Below are positions 9,335 through 19,310 of a stretch of 64,000 nucleotides of DNA, in pieces. Source of the stretch: a virus; IMG/VR virus record IMGVR_UViG_3300038620_000126, positions 46,247 through 110,246 of that record. The stretch is one strand, 5' to 3'. The translations under genes and the position numbers were made by a program. Numbering within the stretch: the first letter of the stretch is position 1; each line of letters begins with the position of its first letter. The notes under the pieces were generated by a model. The model saw only the letters and a list, made by a program, of their open reading frames with translations, searched no databases and was not told where the DNA came from.

Positions 9335-10048
9335 CTACAGTATAGTTTCCATCATATTCTTAACATCTTTTTTGTTTTTAACAGGTTTATTGTAACCTGT
9401 AATTGCTTTAATATACTGTATAGAGTGTTTGTTATCAGGATCCAGTAAATCTTCAAGTCCAGGATCGCCCATTTTATATCTATTGTACAATTTACTTGAA
9501 AAATACATAAACGCATCACCAACTGCATTTTTTACTTTTGCTCTTATGGTGTTTACTTTATCTTTTATAATGTTATCTACATCGGGTTCATTTTTTATTA
9601 ATTTACTACTTACCTTTTTAACTGCATCATTAAGTGCAATAATAACTTCAGTTGCAACTCGTTTCTTAGCAAAGTCTTGAATAATACTTTCAACTTTATC
9701 TTCATTATCACCAAAAATTTCAGGCTTTGTTTTTTTATGCCGTTTTGCAATACTCTCAAAGAGATCGTTAAAAAAATCTATTGTTACTTTTTCAGTAAAG
9801 CTTTTAATAAGGTCATTCAATTTTTCAACTTTGTCTTCAGATCCACTTCTTTTAATTCTAGTTACTTCATCTTTATAAACTGATAATAAAGATACGTCAC
9901 CAGAATCAAGTGACTGTAACATATGCTTTGGTGCATGTTTTAGTAATGGATGATTAACTGCATCTTGTATAACATCTGGCATATCACTTTTAGCCATGTT
10001 TTGATTTTCAGTAATAAATTCATTAAATGTAGGTAGTTTACTTCTCAT
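9335..10048 (-). CDS. tagged helical protein, putative internal head protein
   Basis: MRSKLPTFNEFITE tag; body unrelated to neighbour. Confidence 0.75.
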   Translation of the reverse strand: MRSKLPTFNEFITENQNMAKSDMPDVIQDAVNHPLLKHAPKHMLQSLDSGDVSLLSVYKDEVTRIKRSGSEDKVEKLNDLIKSFTEKVTIDFFNDLFESIAKRHKKTKPEIFGDNEDKVESIIQDFAKKRVATEVIIALNDAVKKVSSKLIKNEPDVDNIIKDKVNTIRAKVKNAVGDAFMYFSSKLYNRYKMGDPGLEDLLDPDNKHSIQYIKAITGYNKPVKNKKDVKNMMETIL

Positions 10049-10103
10049 AATTATTGTTTTTGTTATTTATTTAATTAAAAAAAATCCCACTTCAAAAGTG
10101 GGA
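10014..10103. repeat. 90-bp module, copy 2
   Basis: Matches 9199-9288; includes the same terminator hairpin at ~10084-10103. Confidence 0.95.
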
Positions 10104-10110
10104 CTTTAAA

Positions 10111-10740
10111 TTATGGATTTAACCGTTTTCCGATTTCAATAGCAGAACGTTTTTCTGACATTGAAAGTCCACTGATAGTTATTAGCCTTTCGTTAGGAAT
10201 AATGGATTCGAATATAAAAGGACGGTTATTTACTGTAGAATGCATTTTTCCATCTTTACCGAATTTTGGGTAACCTACTTCTTTAATAACGCCCTTTTTA
10301 CCTCTACCCGGATAACCATCTCGACACTCATTAGTGCTAATTAGGTAATATTTACCTCCAGCGTCAGCAAAAGCTACAGAATCTTGTTTAAAGTATTCAC
10401 CCAGTTTTGTTAAGGTATCTAGTAAATCTCCCGTATTTTCCTTATCAACTACAAAAAAGGATTCTTCTAATTCTTCTGGTTTTTCGTCCTTTTTTGGAGG
10501 ATAATTTTTATAAAAAAGTCCTTTAATTGGCGTAACACCATAGTTCAAATACAATAGCCTTTGTTTTAGTGTTGAATTGCGGATTTTATTTTCTTCTTTT
10601 GTATAGGGATCTCCACTTTGACAATCATCAGTTTCACGAAACGCGGTTATAACACCGGTATCGTGATTTTTATAGTGTGTCCACAACCTAGATAATCCTG
10701 ATTCGTTAATCTGATCAGATTTGCTAATTTTCTTTGCCAT
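10111..10740 (-). CDS. SAM lyase (T3 SAMase)/DUF3293-like protein
   Basis: ITAFR...ENKIRN..LK..L...PIKGLFY...EESFFV...LGEYFKQDSV follows the motif order of T3 SAMase. ATG at 10740 preferred over TTG at 10773. Confidence 0.6.
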   Translation of the reverse strand: MAKKISKSDQINESGLSRLWTHYKNHDTGVITAFRETDDCQSGDPYTKEENKIRNSTLKQRLLYLNYGVTPIKGLFYKNYPPKKDEKPEELEESFFVVDKENTGDLLDTLTKLGEYFKQDSVAFADAGGKYYLISTNECRDGYPGRGKKGVIKEVGYPKFGKDGKMHSTVNNRPFIFESIIPNERLITISGLSMSEKRSAIEIGKRLNP

Positions 10741-10854
10741 TGTAACGCTGTTTTTTTGATTCAATCGACTCAACTGTTAAACATTGTTAAGATCAAACAA
10801 GTTCCATGAACTATCCAAGATTGATGAGTTTATGCTTCATTTTATAAAAACAGT

Positions 10855-11436
10855 TCAATTAACACCAAGAACTTTTTTGATATCCTTAACAATTTTTTTA
10901 ACTTTTTTGGGAACCTCTATTTTAATTTTGTCAACATCTAATTCACGTTCTACCTTTGCTGCTGTGTTTGTGTATAAAGTTTTCATTGTTTTAATATTTT
11001 TGTTAAGTTTACTGGAATTCACTGCTTCTGATGCTTCATCAGGATCAACAACATTAATAAAAACTTCATAAACGTTTTCATTTTTATGATAAATAACTTC
11101 ACTATAAAGAGCTGCTTTCTTTTTTTCAATTTTATCTAAAAACTCTTTTACTTTATCACCTTTAGATGATTCATCAATTAACTTTTTCGTTGATTTTTGA
11201 GAAAGAATTCCAACATAGCTGTATGCATGTTTGTTTCGCTCAAGTCTTAAATTTTCTTTTTCAACAGTTTTAATTTTGTATTGTTCTTCATAAATATTTA
11301 TAATACTTCTCATAATTAATGAAGCAAATTCTTCTGTAGGTGCTTTCATATTTGTAAGCACGCTATCATAAAGACCTTCTTTAACATTTTTATTTTCTTT
11401 AATAAATTGACTAAATGTAGGTAGTTTGTTTTTCAA
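10855..11436 (-). CDS. tagged protein, putative internal head protein
   Basis: TTG start, MKNKLPTFSQFIKE tag, AATAAATA at 11450-11457. Confidence 0.75.
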   Translation of the reverse strand: MKNKLPTFSQFIKENKNVKEGLYDSVLTNMKAPTEEFASLIMRSIINIYEEQYKIKTVEKENLRLERNKHAYSYVGILSQKSTKKLIDESSKGDKVKEFLDKIEKKKAALYSEVIYHKNENVYEVFINVVDPDEASEAVNSSKLNKNIKTMKTLYTNTAAKVERELDVDKIKIEVPKKVKKIVKDIKKVLGVN

Positions 11437-11448
11437 AGCTGTTTTTTT

Positions 11449-11970
11449 TTATTTATTTACTAGGAAAAATTCTACTGCATTTTTATAGTCTTTAGGAACA
11501 GAATTTTCAATTGTATCATGTATCCATTCCGATGCAAGCCATGTTAAAATTACTATTTTTACTTCAGATTTAGTTAGTTCTTCAAATTTCATTTTTCCCT
11601 TTTCAGTTTTAAAAGTTTGATTATAATCTATTATTTCATTTTTTATGTAAATGTAAAAATCTTTAATTTTATTTCTACTAACTTCATATTTTTTATCAAC
11701 TCTTTTTCGCATTATATCGTCTATTTCACTAAACATGTAGTCAAACGCCTCGCTGGGTTTTGGTAACTTTGAATCTTTTTTGTAGGTTTTTCCGTGTTTT
11801 GTTCGCTGCTTTTCTTTCATATGTTCTATATCATCAATAACAATAGAAGCGGTTTCTCTTAATCCACGTTTTATAAATCTTTTACTTTTATTTGTAATGT
11901 TAAAGGGGTTATCGTCGTATTCAAACGCTTCAAATAAAAATTCAGAAAAAGTTGGAATAAAGCTTGACAT
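11449..11970 (-). CDS. tagged protein, putative internal head protein
   Basis: MSSFIPTFSEFLFE tag, AATAAATA at 11984-11991. Confidence 0.75.
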   Translation of the reverse strand: MSSFIPTFSEFLFEAFEYDDNPFNITNKSKRFIKRGLRETASIVIDDIEHMKEKQRTKHGKTYKKDSKLPKPSEAFDYMFSEIDDIMRKRVDKKYEVSRNKIKDFYIYIKNEIIDYNQTFKTEKGKMKFEELTKSEVKIVILTWLASEWIHDTIENSVPKDYKNAVEFFLVNK

Positions 11971-12063
11971 TCCTAGTTTTTCTTATTTATTTAGAACGTG
12001 AAACCAAAGCACATCGGTTTCTGTTCTTACAGTAGGAGGTTAAACATTAAACTTAGAAAAAAA

Positions 12064-12591
12064 ATGAAAGACAACGTAAAAAAGTTCCAAAAAAAATCCG
12101 AAGCTCTAGATTTTATTGTTGGGGACAATTCCCTTTTCACAATTAAAAACATAAAAACGGGGAATCGCTTAACTTATAGGGTTAAGCGCCCCAAAAAAAT
12201 TATTGATCAGAATAAAGAGCTTTACTTTGTTGAAGTTCTTAATTCTGAAAATTCGTATGAATATATTGGTTGCATGCAACTAAATCAAACCAATAATTTG
12301 TACTTTTTCAAACTAACAAAAAAGAGTCCTCGGCCATTAGATGATGCGGGTGTAAAGCCTATTCAGTGGCTTATAAAATACCTTCAAACAGACGGTAATG
12401 AACTTCACCCGTCATTGGAAATTTGGCACCACGGAATGTGTGGTAAATGTGGACGGGAACTAACCGTTCCCGAATCCATAAAAGTAGGATTTGGACCACA
12501 TTGCTATAAACTTGTTAAACCACAAGTTGAAGCAGAACTTAAATCTAAGCTCAAAAATTTGAGTAAAGAGCAAATAGAAACATTGCAATAA
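12064..12591 (+). CDS. DUF6011-like zinc-binding protein
   Basis: CGKCGRELTVPESIKVGFGPHC motif; ATG at 12064 after an A-rich leader is the likelier start. Confidence 0.7.
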   Translation: MKDNVKKFQKKSEALDFIVGDNSLFTIKNIKTGNRLTYRVKRPKKIIDQNKELYFVEVLNSENSYEYIGCMQLNQTNNLYFFKLTKKSPRPLDDAGVKPIQWLIKYLQTDGNELHPSLEIWHHGMCGKCGRELTVPESIKVGFGPHCYKLVKPQVEAELKSKLKNLSKEQIETLQ

Positions 12592-14496
12592 TCAATTTCC
12601 CATCTTTCCAAAAAGCCCACCGTTTTCGCGAACATAGTTTCCAATCTTTTCTATTTCGCCTCGGTGGGTTCTTTTATATTGCTCAGAAGTTTCTGCACCT
12701 TCAATTATACCATTGTGAATGGATTCAATATAATTTGAAGGTGTTTGACTGTAATCCCGCTTTTCAATTCCATCGCCCCTGTCTTCAAATTCACCACGAC
12801 TGGGGTTTGCTTGTTCACCAGCAAATTTTTCACTTGGTAATGTTCTATAAAGTTTACCAGTTCCTCGGTTAAACATAGATTGAATTTCGGCGCCATCTCG
12901 TGGTCTTCCATGTGCAAGTTCAACTTGTACACTCATTGATGTTGGAAAATCTTCAGCCCCCAAATCATCTGAAAATTGAAATATAGCCTGTTCACAAATT
13001 AAGTTACCAATCATCATAATTGGATTCATTGGATTTCCAACAACTAAATGCCAATTACCAACTGGATTACCAGATATTAGTGATGGTAAAATAATAGCGT
13101 CTGGACGAGACTTTGCACTTTCCATATCAAGAAACATTTTAAGCCCACCACCAATCATGCTTTTAATTTTATTCATGGTTTCTTTGGGGTCTGAAGACGG
13201 ATCAAACATTGCTTGAAGATCCGTTTGTATAGAATCCGCAATATTTGAAACATCAGAACTTAAGGTTCTAAAGTATTCTTGATAATCACCAGCATAAAAA
13301 CTTGACCAATCACCAAGAAATGGAACTTGTGGAACATCAGGAAAAAATCTTACATCACCACCCCACCAAGGTGCATAATCATAACACAAAGCCAACATAT
13401 TAGCAAGAACATCAAGCATTCCAACTTTTGGACTGATATTACCTCCTGCTGTAAGATCAAATTGAAAATTAATTTTTAAATTTTGTTGTTCAAATTCAAG
13501 ACCTTTTTGCCGCTTTTTTGTGTTTTTAATAACATTTACGGGGCCATAAACAGCATTAGGATGGGTTTTTTCGTATGCATCTTTACCATAAATTTGTTGA
13601 GCCTTTTTTGATCTTTGTGCAAGATCGCCCGAACCAGATGCTTGTCCAGAATAAAATGCAGTAACAGTTCTCAATGCACCTGAATTCGAAACAGAACCTG
13701 GCAGATCCGAAAAACCCGGAATTTTACCATCCTCTTCCCATACGTCTGATTCAATATCCTCCCAATTGTACTTAGTTGAAAATTGCATTATTTCACTCAA
13801 CTTATTTTCAGTCTCTTCACCAAAATAAGTTACAGCTTTTGCAACAGGAGGCATATATTTAACACCTTGAATTTCTGCATTTTTGTTAGTTACTGTAACA
13901 GGGCCTAAAGCATCTGTTGTTGGGTAAAGAAATCTTCTTAGTGTTATTAATCGGTTGTTTGGTATTTCGCCAAAATATCTTGCATAAACAAAATCTTTAG
14001 GTTGATAAGCAAATATTGGCCCAACCTTATCACCAAGATTATCAGAGCTAAAATAGTTTAATATATTTTTTAGTGTTGGTTCAACATATTCTGGTTTTTG
14101 TATATCATTACCAGCTTCTTCTGAAGTATTATTGGGGTTTAGAAAGAAGTCATTAATTGAATGATAAGCATTTTTATCTTTTGCAAGACTAAAAATAGCA
14201 AAGTTGTTCATCATTGCTTTGCCACCCTTTACAACTACTCTGCCTTTTGCACCAGAACCCGAAACTTGATTCTTTACATCATCAAGACTATTAATTTGAA
14301 TTATTTTATAAACTTCACTTGAACCGTATTGTTCATATGCTCCCTCGAACACTTCTTCGGGTATAATTCGTGGATTGACTTCATTTTGAAGGTCTTCATA
14401 ACTATCAACATTTAATGCATCCCCATTAACACCCGGAAATACTACAGGCTCAAACGAACTATTGCTTTCTCGTGCTTGGCTAAGTGATCCCTGCAT
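12592..14496 (-). CDS. putative virion structural protein (baseplate/tail associated?)
   Basis: 634-aa ORF with AATAAATA at 14509-14516; function inferred only from promoter and composition. Confidence 0.5.
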   Translation of the reverse strand: MQGSLSQARESNSSFEPVVFPGVNGDALNVDSYEDLQNEVNPRIIPEEVFEGAYEQYGSSEVYKIIQINSLDDVKNQVSGSGAKGRVVVKGGKAMMNNFAIFSLAKDKNAYHSINDFFLNPNNTSEEAGNDIQKPEYVEPTLKNILNYFSSDNLGDKVGPIFAYQPKDFVYARYFGEIPNNRLITLRRFLYPTTDALGPVTVTNKNAEIQGVKYMPPVAKAVTYFGEETENKLSEIMQFSTKYNWEDIESDVWEEDGKIPGFSDLPGSVSNSGALRTVTAFYSGQASGSGDLAQRSKKAQQIYGKDAYEKTHPNAVYGPVNVIKNTKKRQKGLEFEQQNLKINFQFDLTAGGNISPKVGMLDVLANMLALCYDYAPWWGGDVRFFPDVPQVPFLGDWSSFYAGDYQEYFRTLSSDVSNIADSIQTDLQAMFDPSSDPKETMNKIKSMIGGGLKMFLDMESAKSRPDAIILPSLISGNPVGNWHLVVGNPMNPIMMIGNLICEQAIFQFSDDLGAEDFPTSMSVQVELAHGRPRDGAEIQSMFNRGTGKLYRTLPSEKFAGEQANPSRGEFEDRGDGIEKRDYSQTPSNYIESIHNGIIEGAETSEQYKRTHRGEIEKIGNYVRENGGLFGKMGN

Positions 14497-14532
14497 TTAA
14501 CTTTTTTATATTTATTCTAATAACAAAAACAA

Positions 14533-14985
14533 TTAATTTTTTTCTACATTATCATTTAAGCTTGTTTCTACATTTTTTAATTTCTTTTTCATTTTTTCAG
14601 GAAACATTTCTAATTCTTCATTTACCACTTTAAGGGGGATTTCTCGCTTCTTTGCATAATATAATTTTATCTCGTATGAAGGTTCCCAATCACTTTTTTC
14701 TTTTTCTGATTTTACGGTTTTTGATTTTGCAAATATAAATTTAGGGGTTCTTTTAAATTTTCTTTTTAGGGTAAAGAACCATGCAAGTGTAGCTTTATCT
14801 GGCTTAACATGTTTATTGTTTAATGCATTAGATTGAAGGGGATAACCCTTAGCCAAAAATCGATTTAACATAAACCAATTTTTTGATAACTCACTAAAAG
14901 ACTTATTTTGAAAATTTTTAGGATTTTCAAAAAAATCTTTAATGTAAGCCATTAAATCATCGGACTTTTGATTTTGTTTTGCCAT
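14533..14985 (-). CDS. possible clamp-loader small subunit (T4 gp62-like)
   Basis: WFMLNRFLA...SNALN resembles the FMINR.LS...AN.MN motif of gp62-like proteins; similar size. Confidence 0.35.
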   Translation of the reverse strand: MAKQNQKSDDLMAYIKDFFENPKNFQNKSFSELSKNWFMLNRFLAKGYPLQSNALNNKHVKPDKATLAWFFTLKRKFKRTPKFIFAKSKTVKSEKEKSDWEPSYEIKLYYAKKREIPLKVVNEELEMFPEKMKKKLKNVETSLNDNVEKN

Positions 14986-14997
14986 AGTTTTTATATA

Positions 14998-15585
14998 TTA
15001 AATGTGCAATGTCATGTCTTTAGGAGCTGGTATTTTTCCCCCAAAATAAGGATACAGGTCGTAAGTCAGTAACTTGTCATACCAACTTACAGGAAAATCC
15101 AATTCTTCATAGGATTCAAAATCATTAATATCATTAATATTGAATAATGGTTTGTTTATTCTAATTTTATATACTTTGAATCGAACTTTTTTTACTTCTG
15201 TATTAACTTCTATAACAAAGTTGTAAAGTTCATTAACATTGATACTAGTTAAATATTTATGAATAAAACTGTTACTTAATTCTTTGTTGTAGTAATAAGC
15301 AAATATATCTATTTTGTTGCCATTAGGTCGCCATCCGAATCTAAGAGATTTGTAGTGATGATGAATAAAAGCTACACCAAAAACTTTGTTTATTTGTGTT
15401 AACAAATATTGTTTTTCTTTATTCGAAAAATCAGATAGCACTTTATCACTTATTAAACAGTTTTCATCAAATCTAACAATTTTATGGTATATGAAATTAT
15501 TCTTAAAACTGTCAAGTAAAATTTTAAAGTTTATTTTAGATGAATTTGATCTATGGGTGTGTTCTTTTATAATATGTTTTGACAT
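14998..15585 (-). CDS. hypothetical protein
   Basis: ORF overlapping the 3' end of the upstream gene in an operon. Confidence 0.65.
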   Translation of the reverse strand: MSKHIIKEHTHRSNSSKINFKILLDSFKNNFIYHKIVRFDENCLISDKVLSDFSNKEKQYLLTQINKVFGVAFIHHHYKSLRFGWRPNGNKIDIFAYYYNKELSNSFIHKYLTSINVNELYNFVIEVNTEVKKVRFKVYKIRINKPLFNINDINDFESYEELDFPVSWYDKLLTYDLYPYFGGKIPAPKDMTLHI

Positions 15586-16166
15586 GATTGTTTTAGTGTT
15601 TCTGGTCTTTGTTTCAAAAAAGAATACAAGTTACTTAGCTTTTTAGAGACGGTGCTCTTATCTAAATGAAGTTTTTGAGATATTTCAGTTATCGTATAAT
15701 CGTTTTCAAACATTAAAGATAAAATATATGTAGAATTTTCTATATCAAATTTGGATCCCAAAAGTAATAATGTTAACTTTTCTTTGAATTCATTGTAATA
15801 ATAACTTTCTTCATCTGTTAAATGGTTTTCAAACTCGTTCATTTCAAGTAAAGCGCAGTAAACTGATGCGCTTTTATGTTTCAATACTTTTCTCTTTGTA
15901 CAGACAATAGCCCAGTTAATAAAATTCAACTTTTTCCAGTAATTAATAACATTGTGAAGATTTCCCATAAATTCTAAATAAGCATCACTTGTATCTTCAG
16001 TATTAAAGTTGTAATCTTTACAAATCTTATTTACAACCAAGTTTTTGTTATTATGTGGACTTCCTAGTGCATAATATAATTTGTTAAAGTTTTTATCAGT
16101 TTTTTCAAGTTTATAATTTTCAGCTAATTCATTAATATATTGAATTTTTTCTGTTTTTTTACTCAT
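15567..16166 (-). CDS. sigma70/ECF-like transcription factor
   Basis: Region 2-like DAY.EF...FINWAIVCTKRKVL and region 4 HTH YTITEISQKLHLDKSTVSKKL; 199 aa. Confidence 0.55.
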   Translation of the reverse strand: MSKKTEKIQYINELAENYKLEKTDKNFNKLYYALGSPHNNKNLVVNKICKDYNFNTEDTSDAYLEFMGNLHNVINYWKKLNFINWAIVCTKRKVLKHKSASVYCALLEMNEFENHLTDEESYYYNEFKEKLTLLLLGSKFDIENSTYILSLMFENDYTITEISQKLHLDKSTVSKKLSNLYSFLKQRPETLKQSCQNIL

Positions 16167-16211
16167 TTTTTGTTTTTAAATTATGTGTTTACATGGAATA
16201 AATAAATTGAT

Positions 16212-16490
16212 ATGATCAAAGTTACAAAAACATATCTAGAAATAAAAGTCTGTAAAACAAAATATAGGCTTTTTCCTGCGTGGGTTAACAGCAAAAGACT
16301 TAAATGGCATGTTGACTTAGAAAGTAGACTTGTTCAGGTTTTAAATGGTAGGATGTGGAAAATACAATTTGATAATGATATACCTAGATTTCTTTATAAA
16401 AACAAAACAGTTTACATTCCCAAAAACCACTATCATAGATTGTTAAAAGGTGATGGGCACCTAGTAATTAAAATAAAAGAAATTAATTAA
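16212..16490 (+). CDS. small basic hypothetical protein
   Basis: Fills the intergenic gap; AATAAATA at 16197-16204. Confidence 0.55.
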   Translation: MIKVTKTYLEIKVCKTKYRLFPAWVNSKRLKWHVDLESRLVQVLNGRMWKIQFDNDIPRFLYKNKTVYIPKNHYHRLLKGDGHLVIKIKEIN

Positions 16491-16493
16491 CTT

Positions 16494-17372
16494 TTACTTA
16501 TCTTCTGGATAATCAAAGTCATCCAAATCAACATCATAATCCCAATACTTAACCTTATCAAACTTTTCTTTATCTCTTAATAATGTTCTAAACGATTGTG
16601 GAGCATACTTTTTTTGAAAAAATCTACACCACTCATCATGTGGATTACAAAAAGCACTTGCTTCATCTACTTCTTCTGAAAAGGTTACTTTTTGTGGTTG
16701 ATAGCGCGTTGAAATTTTGAATTCTGCAAAACCAGCAGGGGTTACATGTACATCTTCATTTGTGTGTTCAACCTTTTTCATGTACTTGCTGATTTTATCA
16801 ATAAGGAATGGTTCTTCATCTGTTCTGCTTTCAAACCCTATCATATAAACACTTAGTTGGCGAACTTTTTTAAGACTTTTTATATAAATAATATGATCTT
16901 CAAATGGTTTTATAACATTATAAATTTTTTCTGGAAGTTTATCTTTTGGGTTCTTAACTTTTACTAAATATTCATTAAGTGTTTCTGGTACATAACCCTC
17001 ACCAAGTACATGTTCATAATCTTCATAATTATCTTCTTCATCTTCGTCGTCATACATTTTATCATTATATCCAAGGGGTGTGAGTATATCACCACTTCCA
17101 GTTTGTCCAGTATAAAAATCACCAGATGGTGCTTGAACTGGCCCCATACCACCTACATTTGAAAGTGTTGCTTCATATTCACTAAGTTTCTTAGGCAGAC
17201 CTTTTCTATCGGTTTCTGCATATTCTCTAGCTGTATCCATAGATACACCATCTGCTATATTTTTAACTTTTTTAGCTAAGCTATCACTTAATTCATCAAG
17301 ATCCAATTCTCCTTGTTTATAAGCATATACCATTCCAAATAATCTTTGTTGTTCTTTACTCTTTGCTGGCAT
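16494..17372 (-). CDS. DUF3008-like N-terminal domain protein, putative head protein
   Basis: MPAKSKEQQRLFGMVYAYKQGE...GLPKK N-terminus; acidic linker with LNE. Confidence 0.6.
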   Translation of the reverse strand: MPAKSKEQQRLFGMVYAYKQGELDLDELSDSLAKKVKNIADGVSMDTAREYAETDRKGLPKKLSEYEATLSNVGGMGPVQAPSGDFYTGQTGSGDILTPLGYNDKMYDDEDEEDNYEDYEHVLGEGYVPETLNEYLVKVKNPKDKLPEKIYNVIKPFEDHIIYIKSLKKVRQLSVYMIGFESRTDEEPFLIDKISKYMKKVEHTNEDVHVTPAGFAEFKISTRYQPQKVTFSEEVDEASAFCNPHDEWCRFFQKKYAPQSFRTLLRDKEKFDKVKYWDYDVDLDDFDYPEDK

Positions 17373-17385
17373 TAATTACTTTTTT

Positions 17386-18234
17386 TTATTTATTATTTTT
17401 ATTTGATGACAAGTTATTTTCATCTAATTTTGAACTACCTAAATCTCTAGGCTTATCATTATACAATCTATCTTTATATAGGGGATATGGAGTTTCTGCA
17501 ACTTCTGGATCAACAAAAATTCTTGGTTTAATACCATCTTGCATTCTATGGCCAGAGTGTCTAGATTCTGTTGGATCAAAAGATGGTATATAAGATTCTA
17601 CTTCAAAATTAATCTCCATACTGATTTCATCTTCTATTGGATAACTAAACTCAGAACGGGTTTCTCTACTAAAGTCTTCTTGAAGCCCCATTTGAACAGG
17701 GATATTCATGTTTTCAAAATTTATGTAAAACTCTTGAACTTTATAATAATTTCTGTAAATCATTTCAAAAAGTTTAAAAACTTCAATATCTGTATTTGAC
17801 TTTATAGTAAGTGTAAATTGCAAATCAACTGGTAAAATTTTAACATAACTCATATAAGTTTCAAGTTTATATCCTTCATCTTGTTCAATTTCTATAGGTA
17901 CATTAGCACGAGCATATTCATTTGTCAATTTTTCGGAACTTATAGATAAACTGTTTAATGACAATATGCCACGTGGAAGAGCATCAATATTTCCTTCAAC
18001 TTTTTTTGCCATATCTTTATCGCAATAATGCATTTTGTAAAGATTGAAGTTGTTTCTAAGCCAGTTTTCATCTTTTGAAATAGAATAAAAAATAGGAACA
18101 TTAACTTCAACTTCTTTATCTTTCCAAACCTGATAATAAGACATGCGCTGCATGAGTTCAGCAAGCATTCCCACTATTATACTTCTAACAAATATATCGT
18201 CGGAGTTATGTCGCGATAGGTAAGGGTTTGGCAT
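17386..18234 (-). CDS. gp15: tail terminator/sheath stabilizer (T4 gp15-like)
   Basis: VPIFYS...LPRG...LPVDLQFTLTIK...FEVESYIP pattern and size. Confidence 0.65.
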   Translation of the reverse strand: MPNPYLSRHNSDDIFVRSIIVGMLAELMQRMSYYQVWKDKEVEVNVPIFYSISKDENWLRNNFNLYKMHYCDKDMAKKVEGNIDALPRGILSLNSLSISSEKLTNEYARANVPIEIEQDEGYKLETYMSYVKILPVDLQFTLTIKSNTDIEVFKLFEMIYRNYYKVQEFYINFENMNIPVQMGLQEDFSRETRSEFSYPIEDEISMEINFEVESYIPSFDPTESRHSGHRMQDGIKPRIFVDPEVAETPYPLYKDRLYNDKPRDLGSSKLDENNLSSNKNNK

Positions 18235-18244
18235 TTTGTTTATT

Positions 18245-19216
18245 TTAATATTTGAATGAAAGCATTACTAAATTGTCATCATTATTAAGTCTCATATTCA
18301 TAACATGCATTCTGGTTGTAGGCTGTATAGTAATTTCATCGTTGGTAGTATTATAAGCATCAGAATATACATCAAATACACCCCCCGTACTCGTGTCAAT
18401 TTCACTTGATTCAAAAGCACCAGATGCATTAATTAAAACAATATCTTCACTGCTTTCAGGATGACCCATAAGCCAAAATACTTCACCCTTTTCTAAACTT
18501 GTTTTATCAAGTTCAATATACTGTGGGGTTCCTGTTGTGTTTTTTACAAATACAACTCTACCATAGGAATTAGGTTGAATTGAAAGTGCACTTGCAGATG
18601 ATGCTGCACTTGTAACATCAACTACATTAAATTGATTTCCATTAACCTGCCCCCCATTGTTTGACCATATTTCACGCTTTGTAAATTGAACGTTATTTAA
18701 ACGCATAACTTGTGATAAAGTTCCACCATTTGCGGGTGCTTTGTAAAGGTCTAAATTTGGTGATATAGCCTGCATTAATGAATTGAGACTGTTGTTTCCA
18801 GATGGAAAATACATTTCCGCTAAGTAACCAGAACTATCTGAACTGATATTTGTATCAGTTGGATCACCAAATCTTGTTACTCCCTTAATATAGTTGTATT
18901 CCTGTGGATTTTGAGATGACCATTTTCCTTCACTTTGAAAAAACTTCAAAGTTTTTGCTGAACCCATCTCATTAATTTCAAAAGAATTTGTTTGGTTAGT
19001 ATTAATAATTAAAGGTTTGTTGTTTCCTGTGGCATTTATTGTTATACCCCCCTGATTAACACTTATATTCTTAATGGAAAGTTGATTAGAAACTATATCA
19101 AGATTATTTTCAAGATCATTTATATAGTTACTTATAGCTTGAAAATTTGAATTGTAAACATCAGGTATTTGGCTGGCAGATTGTGTTGGATCTAAATTTT
19201 TGAGAGTAATTGGCAT
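18245..19216 (-). CDS. putative tail/baseplate fibre protein
   Basis: N-terminal YNSNFQAI motif, beta-rich Ser/Asn/Gly body, late promoter motif at 19229-19236. Confidence 0.55.
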   Translation of the reverse strand: MPITLKNLDPTQSASQIPDVYNSNFQAISNYINDLENNLDIVSNQLSIKNISVNQGGITINATGNNKPLIINTNQTNSFEINEMGSAKTLKFFQSEGKWSSQNPQEYNYIKGVTRFGDPTDTNISSDSSGYLAEMYFPSGNNSLNSLMQAISPNLDLYKAPANGGTLSQVMRLNNVQFTKREIWSNNGGQVNGNQFNVVDVTSAASSASALSIQPNSYGRVVFVKNTTGTPQYIELDKTSLEKGEVFWLMGHPESSEDIVLINASGAFESSEIDTSTGGVFDVYSDAYNTTNDEITIQPTTRMHVMNMRLNNDDNLVMLSFKY

Positions 19217-19310
19217 TGCTTTTTTCTTTATTTATTTATGTATTTTCTTTAGTTATTTATTTTTTTAAATTTAATGTTTGTATTTTGAATAAATATAAAA
19301 AACACAAAAA

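Noticed and set aside
10741-10854. Unusually long leader upstream of the SAM-lyase-like gene as a possible SAM riboswitch
   Set aside because: I could not match SAM-I or SAM-II consensus elements and found only weak hairpins; an Infernal/Rfam scan would be needed
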